From positions 35,712,001 through 35,776,000 of the forward strand of contig JANJGN010000026.1 in NCBI GenBank assembly GCA_026770705.1: a stretch of DNA of 64,000 bases, read 5' to 3'. This DNA comes from Isurus oxyrinchus (lineage: Eukaryota). Shown here in pieces: positions 12,095 through 22,300 of the stretch; position 1 is the stretch's first letter; every line of letters starts with the position of its first letter. The notes beneath the pieces were generated by a model. That model did not search any database. It saw only the letters and a program-made list of their open reading frames with translations, and was not told the DNA's origin. Position numbers and translations under genes: made by a program.

Positions 12095-12196
12095 GTGCAA
12101 ATCAACTCGATCCCCCTAAAATATTTCAATCCAGCTCTGAGATCCGGTCTCCCAGTGCAGTCCAAGGTTGCAGTCTGCAGCTCCCCGGAATATAAA
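12095..12196 (+). promoter_or_regulatory. NAR-TCR V promoter: octamer-like GTGCAAAT (12095-12102) and TATAAA (12191-12196)
   Basis: TATA box 18-23 nt before leader ATG 12214; 7/8 match to Ig octamer ATGCAAAT about 90 nt further upstream. Confidence 0.5.
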
Positions 12197-12213
12197 CCCT
12201 CAGCTCCAGGCAG

Positions 12214-12722
12214 ATGGGAATCCTCCTTCTTTTCACTGTGTGTGTCTGTTTACCCCGTGAGTACCGATCAAACAAACCGACATTGTTTGGATTTAATATA
12301 AAGCTGCCTGTATCCATCTCTATTACAGACACTGTCCTGGGTTTTAAACCCGTTCTGTGGTTCGGCTCTGATGCTCCATTAACATCTCTCTGTTTAATTT
12401 TCAGGCTCTTTCAGTCAGTCAGTGGTACAGACCCCGGCAGCGGTGACGAGGAAGGAGTGTCAGTCTCTCACCATCACCTGTGTTTTCAATGATAATTATT
12501 ATTATTTTAAAAATGGGCATTTCTTCAGACAAACCCGGGACAGAGTGGGAGCGGATCTCCAGCGGGCGGGGGTGAGGTGGGGGGGGGGGGGGGGGGGGGG
12601 GCGGTGGGGGGGGGGGAGATTTGTTGTGTCGGTGAATAAAGCAGAAAAGACATTTTCTCTGGATATTCGAAATGTGAGAGTTGAAGACACCGCCACCTAT
12701 TACTGTAAAGCTCAGTATGACA
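12214..12722 (+). CDS. NAR-TCR V gene segment, cassette 2: leader exon 12214-12256, V exon 12405-12722; open as assembled but with aberrant poly-Gly insert
   Basis: MGILLLFTVCVCLP(R)SFSQSVVQTPAAVTRKECQSLTITCVFNDNYYYFKNGHFFRQTRDRVGADLQRAGVRWGGGGGGGRWGGGRFVVSVNKAEKTFSLDIRNVRVEDTATYYCKAQYD. Phase-1 GT/AG intron, canonical Cys pair, plus the non-canonical FR1 Cys described for NAR-TCR V. Confidence 0.85.
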
Positions 12723-12760
12723 CACAATTATGGGCCTCGGCTTCCGGCGATACAAAAACT
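12723..12760 (+). other. RSS of NAR-TCR V2 (CACAATT - 22 nt - ACAAAAACT)
   Basis: Heptamer 12723-12729, nonamer 12752-12760; spacer homologous to that of V1. Confidence 0.8.
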
Positions 12761-13092
12761 CTCACTGCAGATTGTCACAGAAACAAATGGAAAAGCGGAG
12801 TTAAGTCTGCACAGTTCCCCCACAGTTCCGCCTTAGTTCCCCCGTCTGTCCCACAGTCTAGTTTATAATGAGATTGGATTATTTCTGTTAACATCTTGAG
12901 TTTTATGAATGCCGAGTGTGTGCGGATGGTGATGTCTTTCCCGGGATTGGTGTCAATGAATGGGGATTGGGAACGACTAATCCTATTTACAAACCCCGAA
13001 CACCAGATATGATCCTGGTCTAACAGCTGGAATCGGGAGCCGGCAGTCCCCGCTGTCTAACTAATGTCTCCAAATATCACCAAGTACCCGGG

Positions 13093-13165
13093 AGATTTTC
13101 TACTGACTTGTAAAACTGTGTGGATGGGTGCAGCAGTCACAATAGGAGAGACCTGTATAATTTAA
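13093..13165 (+). other. Candidate NAR-TCR D segment (coding 13121-13137 TGGATGGGTGCAGCAGT) with flanking RSSs
   Basis: 5': AGATTTTCT-12-AACTGTG; 3': CACAATA then a weak nonamer (12-spacer ATAATTTAA or 23-spacer ATAAATTCT); lies between V and J. Confidence 0.65.
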
Positions 13166-13466
13166 ATATAAATTCTCTGGGCCCGGATAGTGAATTGTCG
13201 GGTTGATGTTATCATCGCTGGAATCTGGTTACATTTCATTGTAATTTCCACCATTCAGTTATCTTTCTTTGTTATTTTTCTCGGTTCGCATGAAGCGAAC
13301 ATCTCGTTCTGGGCACCATATATTCAGAGCTCAGGGCCTCGCAAAGAACAGTTTGACCCAACAGAGACTTTGGAACATTGAATATTGTTTATTTATTTAA
13401 ATCCGCTGAATGATTGGGCAATTTCTACTGTCTGATGATGATTCCCCGGCAGGTTGAGGTGTCGGT

Positions 13467-13558
13467 GGTTGCTGTACCGGGGAGACTGAGGGCGGCGTCA
13501 CTGTGGTGGTATATTAAATATATCGATGGATCCGGGACGGTGGTGACTGTCACAGCCG
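13467..13558 (+). CDS. NAR-TCR J segment, cassette 2 (RSS 13467-13505; coding 13506-13558)
   Basis: GGTTGCTGT-23-CACTGTG, then WYIKYIDGSGTVVTVTA and donor G/GTAAGT at 13559; phase 1 is compatible with the supporting V acceptor (G+AT=Asp). Confidence 0.88.
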
Positions 13559-16499
13559 GTAAGTGACTCAAAACCCCGCCGGGTTACAGCCTGTCCTGTG
13601 TAATGTTCACCGTCAGTTTATTATTGATATCAGTGGAGTTTGGGTGGGATGTGAGAGTTGGTGGATTCTGGGCCATTATTGGTTTAACGGGCACATCGCG
13701 GACAACATCAACATCACGGACTCTCACACTCTAATCGCTTTTTATGAGCGCAGATTGTCGACAATCCGCACTCCACTCCCGCTGTTAACTGTGACCGAGT
13801 GAGATCTATCTGTCCCTTAGAGCCCAGGAGCGGGGTCACAGAGCTCTCTCCTGGGTAGCGGATTGCAGTCCCAGCCGCATAATGTGAATGAGCTACCGGG
13901 TGAATAAACTCAACACAACTATGGCCAGTTTGGATACCTGCAGCTGCTCGTTCAATACCTGACCCGGGAGAAAAACGGGGAGAGTGACACCACGGACTTC
14001 AGAAATAAGACCCTGATGTGGGTCCAGGTGGAATTTTATTTTGGAAAATCAGTGACTGAAATTAGTAACATTCTCCCCGCCATTTCTTTCAATTGTCTTC
14101 AAAAAACCAATCACTTTCCTCCTTTTCCACCCTCAGACTGAAATGTGGAAGTTTGGATCTGCCGACACTTCTCTATATTGAATGTACATGCTTGAAAGAT
14201 GGGAAATTTTGTAATTTATCTGTATCCCTGATTACTATGAATTGAAACAGCACGGTGCAGTGAGCGAGTCAGGGTAATGCATTCATCTTATCAAGGAGAA
14301 TAGGGACAGAAGGAAACAATTAGAAACTGTGGGAATGTTCATTGAGAACCAGCAAGAAATAATTAATCGAAAGGGAGGGAAGGATTGGATGATTTCTGGA
14401 CGCCTTTGAAAGTACAATCCGCCCCCAGGGTGTTGGATGAGGTTTATGGAGGGAAGGACTGAAATGGACTCCAGTCCGGAATGCTCTGTAAAGTTTTGTT
14501 CTCCTTACAGAAGAGAGATCAATCTGCATTGGAAGGAGTGCAACAAATGTTCATCAGACTGATTCCTGAGATGAAGGGATTGTCCAATGGGAAGGGATTT
14601 AGTCGTCTCTGTCTATATTTCCTAGAGTTAGAAGAATGAGAGGTGATCTCACGATAACATACATTATACTGAAGGGTTTTGACAAGGCATATTCTGGGTC
14701 GGTGTCTCCCCAGACTGAGGAGTATAGAGCTCGGGGTCACAACTTCAGAGTAAATAGTCATCCATTAGAACTGAGAAGGAAAAAAACATCTTCATTAGAA
14801 CCATTGTTGTGAATCTGTGGTATTCTGTAACTCAGAGGTCTGTGGATGTTCAGTATCTGTTTGCTTTGAAGACAATATTTGATAGGTTTGCGGACACTAA
14901 AATATCAGGAATATGGGGAGAGTGCGGGAATGTGACGTTGAGGTTATAAATCTGCCAGGATATTCCTGAATGGCTGAGCAGGTTTGAAAGGTGATATGGG
15001 GGCTCCTGTTTCTATTGATTGGATTCTCTGCTTTGATTTTTTATACTCCTGAGAAAAGAAATCAGCAACAATCCACATCTCTTTGCGAAGATTGAACAGG
15101 CCGGGTCTCTTTTTTCTGGAAAACAGAACCAAGAGGAGAATCCATAGAAATCTTTTGAATCATGAACTGTTTTATGGTGGAGAAATTGTTCATTTGTGGC
15201 TGAGGTGCAAAGCAATAGCTGTCAACATATGACAGTAACTAACAGAACAAATAAAACATTTAAGACAAATGAATTTAAACAACGGCAGGTTAGAATGTGG
15301 AACTTGCTGCCACAGGGAGAGGTCGGGGCAGATGGTATTGATATATTTATTGGAACACTTGAAATTTCAGGAGGGAGAACGGAACAGACCAACACAGGGA
15401 GCTGGATGGAAATGGTCAGTTAGGTTACTGGTGAGGTCAAGCTGGAATTGATTATATACAAAGGCTGAATGGCCCATTCCTCTTTTGCATTCTTCTTCCT
15501 CTATAATGTAAAATTGAGAGAGAACTCCGCCCAGTGAACCCAGGAGAGAATCAACCAATGGGCGGAAGGAATTGAAATTGTCAGAGAGCCAGAAGAGGCA
15601 GTTCCCAGTGAGTAACAGTTAAAATCGCTGCGGAAACTGAACAGACTGAGCCCAACCGACAACTGTGAGAATTTGGGACAAGTTCCCACGATTGCAAAAA
15701 GCACAAGCAGCACAAAATTAACGTGAAATAAAAGGAATGTGAACTTAAAGAAATAAAATGAAATTAATTGCATGTGTTCGAAATTAAGCTGAACTGGAGA
15801 AAAGTGGACCCTATTGATAGAATATATAGAAATAGAACAAATGGCAGATAGAAATTCCCGAGCCGTTTTAAACCGCAGTAAATGATTGACCTTTCACCAC
15901 GAGAGATGCTCACTCACGGTTTGGCCCGATCGGTGCTGATGAATCCCGTCAGTTTGTGTTGGATCCTGCTGTGCGCAGTGATGCCACACAGCTGTGTTTC
16001 TCTGCAACAAACATGTTTTTTTTGGAAATTGATTGATTCACTGATCATAAAATGCTCCCCCGGCTATGTGTCTCACCAAGGAAAGTAGAAACCGGAATGT
16101 AATATAATTCATAGAATTATCCAGCACGGAAGGATGACATTCGGCCCATCGTGTAGGCACTGACCCTTTAAAAGTGTAATACAATTGTTCCCACTGCCCA
16201 TGAATTTTCTCCTTGCTCTATATTTGTATTTACATTTCTAGGACAGACCCATTACCCGTTTGAAAGTTACTATTGAATCTATCCCCAACACCAATTCAGA
16301 CAGTGCAGTCCTGATCGGAAGAACTCGCGATGTAAAATAAAACATCACCTAATTCCCCATTTGGTCATATTTTCATAACAGTGAACAAGGTTCAAATAGG
16401 CTTCCAGCAAATAAAATTACTGCAAAAAGCAGAGCTATTCACGCGATTGACAAATTCTCCTGGACAAATATTGGCTGTGTTCATTTTTTTATCCTCCAG

Positions 16500-16771
16500 A
16501 TTCCAGTTCCATAATTTCCCGGATTTCGCCTCTAGAAATCTCTGCCATCGGTGACACCGTTACTTTAAACACGGAATATTCAGGGTTCTGCACAGTACGC
16601 TGGTACCGTCAGTCCCCAGGACAGGCTCCGGAATATCTGCTTTAGGGACACATTTCAGGAGAGGAGAATAAAGAAAATGCTGCCTGTGGGAGAAAATCAG
16701 CCAGTTGAAGATCTCCAAATTATAATTGAGCGACTCCGCAGTTTATTACTGTGAACTGAGTTGGCGCACAG
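16500..16771 (+). pseudogene. Leaderless supporting TCR-delta V, cassette 2, pseudogene
   Basis: (D)SSSIISRISPLEISAIGDTVTLNTEYSGFCTVRWYRQSPGQAPEYLL*GHISGEENK...LKISKL*LSDSAVYYCELSWRT. CDR1 Cys typical of supporting V-delta; first canonical Cys lost; TAG at 16643-16645; FR3 deletion/frameshift. Confidence 0.88.
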
Positions 16772-17100
16772 CACAGTGATATAGAACACGGAGAGAGCTG
16801 TACAAAAACCTCAGCATGATGCACAGTGATACAGAAACCGGAGGGCGCTGTACAAAAACTTAACATGCTGGGATTACAGACACACAGTGATAGAGAACAC
16901 TGAGAGAGATGTACAAAAACCTGAACATGGTTGGATTACAGACACACAGTGATACAGAGCACGGAGAGATCTGCACAAAATCCTGAACATGGTGGGATAA
17001 CAGACACACAGTGATACAGAGCACGGAGAGAGCTGTACAAAAACCTGAACATGGTGGGATTATAGACACAGTAATGGAAGGCACGGAAAGAGTTCAAATA
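16772..17100 (+). repeat. Tandem array of five near-perfect 23-RSSs plus one degenerate unit, cassette 2
   Basis: CACAGTG at 16772, 16822, 16883, 16945, 17007, each +23 nt + ACAAAAACC/ACAAAAACT/ACAAAATCC (16802, 16852, 16913, 16975, 17037); CACAGTA at 17067. Confidence 0.95.
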
Positions 17101-17132
17101 ATTGTCAACTTTCGGGTTTAAATTGAAAGGAG

Positions 17133-17190
17133 CACACACACACACATACATACACACACCACATACATAAACACACACACATACACACAC
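17133..17190. repeat. (CA)n/(CATA) microsatellite
   Basis: Direct inspection. Confidence 0.9.
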
Positions 17191-17439
17191 AGAAGGGTAG
17201 TGGGGGGAGGGAATCATTCCACGAATGTATTTTCAATTGACTTTATAATTTTGTAGCACAGAATAAAATCGTTAAAGACATCAAGTTCGCACATTCTTTC
17301 TGGCTCCGCAGAGCCTTTAATATTTTTATACTTCGAGCCGCCGACAATACCCCTGCCAAAAGAATTCTTTCAATTATCCATTCTTGAACAAGCGATGTGC
17401 ACTATTTTGACATAAATGGTTGAAGGTGGCCTAACAGCC

Positions 17440-17800
17440 TGAGAAATAATGCTAAAACATCCGGGATTATCGGCATCATAACAGTGGCATAGAGTCCAAA
17501 TGCAAAGGAATACTACTGTTCCCCTGGAAAGTACTGATTACCCCTCAACTGGAGCATTATGTCCACTTCGGGCATCGCCCTTTAGGAGGGATGTGAATGG
17601 TTTAGAAAGGGCGCAGACAAGTTTACCAGAATCGTCCCAGGGATGCAGGACTTCAGTTAATTGTATAGATTGGGGAAACTGGGTTTGTTGTCCATGGAGA
17701 ATGGAAGGTTCAGGGTAGATCTGATAGAGGTGCTCAAAATCATGTGGCCCTGGGCTGAGTAGATCAAAATAAACAGTTTCTATAGGTGGAAGGGCAGAGA
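17440..17800 (+). mobile_element. Old CR1 3' ORF2 fragment
   Basis: FRRDVNGLERAQ and gtagatctgatagaggtg (GDLIEV-like) motifs. Confidence 0.6.
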
Positions 17801-19290
17801 AAAAGAACAGGAGGTTGGTTTTCGATTCGCTTCCTTGGTGAATGGGGCGTGGAAAGAAGCGGCTGCAACAATTCAATGCGCCTGGGAAGGCCCCTTTCTG
17901 TGGCACAGGTTGTGCGGGCGGCAGTCTGCGAGAATCGTCCTTCGCGGCTGGACAAACGATCAATTTTGTCCATTAAGACCGAATGTTTATATGATGTTTC
18001 GTATAAATCGAGCCTTTTTACCTACAAACACGTCAGATATGCACAGCCTGCTGTATCACACACTCACATACAGGGCCGACTGTCTGTCACAGAAACCTGG
18101 CATCCGGTTTTCAATGGCTCAGGGCAAAATATTGTCAGCAGGATAACAGCACGGTGATTGGCTCTTTCTCCCTTGATCCGGGGTCAGGAGGTGACGGCCT
18201 ATTTTTAGGCTCCGCCCAGCATTAAAACGCCCGGCTTGTAAATCGTGTAACTTTTGACCCGGTCCTTGGAAGAGGGATAAAACCACAGTTCTTAAAGGGT
18301 TTCGAGCTGTTTGGCTAAGTTTAGTATTTAGGAGGGATGATTAGTGGTTAAAATATGGATCGGAAGAAAGTGACATTTTTTTAATTCAGTCAGGTGGCTG
18401 AACATCAATTGCTTATTTTTAATTACTAACAACGATTTCGTACAGTCAACACGTAATGCAGATACAATAGTTTTCGAGGAGTACTTGCCATCAATTCAAT
18501 GCAATGTTGTTGTAGTAAACACAATCTGGATCTTGTTTATCGCTGTATCCTCTTAAAGCACAGTATATGGACTTGGGAATACAACAATAATTAGGATGAA
18601 TACTAAGAGAGACAGAGCCTAGTGTAATAATCAAAGAGGAAGTGTAAAATAATGTGGATCCATTAAAACATTCACAGAAAAAGAGCCTAACGTCAGAATC
18701 AAGGAGCCTAGGACTGATACAAAAATATCCTAATATTTCTTTATGTGACTTAATCACAATTTTATTTTATTGTGCCCGTGTAAGGCGCTTGGTAACATTT
18801 AAAATGTTTTAAAATGTTATAATACATGTTAAACGTGTGTAAATGCGTGTTGATGTTGTGAGATTAAGCTTTGTGTTGTGTGGATATTCCTTGGCTGCTG
18901 CTGGCATAACTTGCATTGTGTGGATATAACTTCCATTGTGTGGTATAACTTGCAATTTGACTGTCACTGTCATTCTGATTCTTACGTGGTCTCACGTCAC
19001 TGAGCTATGCTGGCTTCGGCCTAATAGCTAACAATGTTTCTTTCAGTGTCTCCCATAAATGAACATTCCCCATAACTAAGCATATTTTAGATCTGCGCAA
19101 GCACTAACAAGTTACATTCAAAACTACATTGGGTTGCATGAGGCATCAAGACTCGATAATCGTCTCCCAAGTGTCTCCCAACATTCTACTACCTCCCAAA
19201 AATAACATGAAAAATAATTGCTGAATCTATTTGTTCGGGTAACTGTAAATAATTATGGAAGCTAATTGTCTCTCTGTAGAATTCCAACAG

Positions 19291-19296
19291 TATAAA
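19291..19296 (+). promoter_or_regulatory. TATA box candidate of GPCR gene
   Basis: TATAAA about 60 nt before ATG 19355. Confidence 0.45.
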
Positions 19297-19354
19297 TAAC
19301 ACAGAGAATCTCTGTCATCAACTATCACGGGCAGAGAACATCTCTTCCCAGAAA

Positions 19355-22300
19355 ATGCACGGCCGAATATCTGGTGTAGTTTATGCCATTTACTATCCAA
19401 TTCTTGCTGCTATTGGAGTTCCGGGTAAGTCTTTGGGCTAAACCATCAATTGGACAAAGCACTGTTTTATGGATTTCCAGCATCCGCAGTTTTTTGTTTT
19501 TATCTCTGTGTTTAATTGACTGCCACTTCTCTTCAAGAAATGCCTACCTTGAACAAGTACTGCTCTTCTCTCCGACAGGATTTTCGTATCTCTCTTTTGC
19601 CTTGTTCACTGCTTGCTTGTCCCTACAACCACCGCCCGGCCCCCCCCCCCCCCAACCCACATCTCTCCCCACAACCCCAACCCCCCACCCCCACCTTAAA
19701 CCAGCTTATATTTCACCCATCTCCTAATTTTACTCAGTTCTGTTGAAGGGTCAGCTTTATTTTTCTCCGTCAATGCTGCCAGACCTGCTGAGTTTTTCCA
19801 GGTATTTTTGTTTTTGTTTTGGATTTCCAGCATCCGCAATTTTTTTTGTTTTTATCACTGTTGTATGAAGCTGGTTCTGTCAATGACAATTAAAAATTGT
19901 GATATAGTCATCTTCAGGCATTTCTTTAAACTCACTTGATCAGGGATATACAAACTTTCCACCGTTTTAATATTCCTTTGTTTTAAACTTAAGCATTAAT
20001 AATTAAGTCTCTGAAAAACCCAAAACTCTGCGTCTATTCCTTTCCACCATCCGTGCGAAGGCTGCACAGGTTGCTAGATTGATTTCTAAAAAGTAATATT
20101 CTGGTAACCTTTTCGAAATCGATAGTTAACGGATATCCTTCTACAAGTGAGTAACTGAAGAATACATATCTAACGATACCAACTTTAGGTAGATTTTGAT
20201 TTTGTGTTAGTCTAAAAATGGCAATTGCCGTTGTTATATGTGCCTTGAATTATGGTTCCATTGTTTTCAGGTGAATTACAATTCTGGACGGATGTGGAAT
20301 GAGCTGCAGATTCATTAACAGCCATTTCACATTTCTGCCTGAAGTTAAGATTCACCTACCTGAAATGGTTGAGGTGTGAAATTGATCTTGAGCTGTGAAG
20401 CAAGCTGGCTGCCAGTTTTACACTCGATGCAGTCCTCTGTCCCATTGACATCGGAGGCTTGGAAATCGGACCAAATGTAAAACTGTCAGCTCATTCGATC
20501 CAGCCTAAAAACGGTTCCTGCCCCATGGAAGTCAAAGGGTATCGAGTGCAGGTGGGAGTGTGGAGCTGTGGCCATGCTCAGATCAGCCAAGATCTTATTG
20601 AATAACGAAGCAGGCTAGAGGGGCCGAATGGCCTGTCTGTGCTCCTGATTCGTATGTTTGTATGTCTTTGAAATACTCGCCCTAGGCTACTGAATTAATA
20701 GTTTAGAGTCAATATAGTGATCTTCTCTTTGAGTTTGGGCTCCTTTACATTAAGCCAATCAATCACTATTTCCCATTCTGCGCTAAAATTGCCCTTTAAT
20801 TTGTCTCTTTCTGGGTTTGCTGTTACAAGGAAAGCCATGAAGTTATGAACTAAATGAAGTCTAAAAATGAATGCGGAGATCTGATCAAAATAATCACTGG
20901 TGTCAAATGTTTTTAATTACAAAGTCAATCATTATACTTACCGAGTAAGTTAACATAAGTAGTTATGTTTCAGTTCTTTATCGCTTTCATGAGAAAACCA
21001 GGTGAATATTTACTTTTTGTATCGTATCTTACTGAGTCGCCGCTACTTTGTTCTAATGATTTTGCTACTCTGTGTTCTGAAACATTTTTCTCTCGCCAGA
21101 GCTAGTTGAGCGAGGAAGGAAATGCTGTTGTGTTGTTTCATACATGACAAAATCTCCGGTAGATAACCGAGATCAGTCGTGTTTGCAAAAAATTTGTTGT
21201 GGCTGAGAAAAGGAATGTACATAGACCTTTCATGCCAACCAGGTTATGTTCCGCGAGCGGAAGCTCATGCTTACGTCACTGGGTTAATGATCCAGAGGCC
21301 TGAGCCAATGACATGAGTTGCAATTCTAATTCTACTAATTAATTTAAATGGAGATAATAAATAACTCTGGAATAAAGTTGAAGTGCCAGAAATAGTGATC
21401 AGGCTAGTACAAGATCATCACAATAAACTTTACCCGGTTCACTAACGTTCTTCAGGGAAGGACATCTACTCCGGCTGAGATATGATTCCAGATCCACAAC
21501 AATGTGGTTGAACATTAACGGCCTTCTGAAATGACCCAGAAAACCACTCAATCGGTAGGTGGCGGCTCGCCACCACCCTCTAAAAGGCAATTCGTGATGG
21601 ACCTTATACCTTATACCCTGGCGTTGTGTGCTCTTTTTTCTTGCAATTTTTGGATACTTACCTGGCAAGGGAGAGACCTTCATTGCGTTTCTGCCAGGGA
21701 AAGAGCAATGGCTATAACCAGTCAAACCCCTTACTATGGGGTACCTAACACCATCTGAGTCATGGTGAAGGGCAGCGAGCAAGGAACAGGAATGGATAGG
21801 ACCTTCTTCACCAAGAGGATCCTATTCAAGCTGTGTGGTTTTGAGGCTGTGGAGATCTACTGCCTACAGGATTTCCCCAGCGCTGGTTTCTTTGATGTGA
21901 CCTTCAAGCAAGTGGCAGCTTGTGTCAAACTACTGAAGGTGTTTGAGGAAAAGGAAGACCTGCCAGAAATGAAGATCCTGACAGCGGAGCCGCTCTTTGC
22001 TCTACCGTTGCAACGAGAACGGGTTGCAACGGTGCATCTGTACAACCCCTACGTCCATGTCGCTGACGTGCTCACCTTCCTTATCAGGTACTTCGATAAG
22101 GTTGGGAGCTGCACTGAGGTTAAAGATAATTTGGGGATCTGGACATGTAAACGCCAGGTTAATGTAATGCTCAAGACCGACGGTAAGGGAGCCAGTTTCC
22201 ACCCCACTTCCAGATTTGCTACGCTGGGCAACCCAAACTTTCTAGCTCATGCGGCAAGTCTGGTCATGTGGCGGCCAGCTGCAGTGCTGTCCTCTACAAG

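Noticed and set aside
16772-17100. CRISPR-like repeat/spacer appearance of the RSS arrays (also 4569-4817)
   Set aside because: The intervening sequences are near-identical rather than unique, there are no cas genes, the context is vertebrate, and the units are V(D)J recombination signals.
18870-18955. Three copies of a ~20-bp unit (ataacttgcattgtgtgg)
   Set aside because: Short local slippage duplication with no evident function.
21654-21820. Functional U1 snRNA gene
   Set aside because: Only the first ~25 nt match clearly; no stem-loops II-IV, downstream Sm site or 3' box; it lies inside a retrotransposon.
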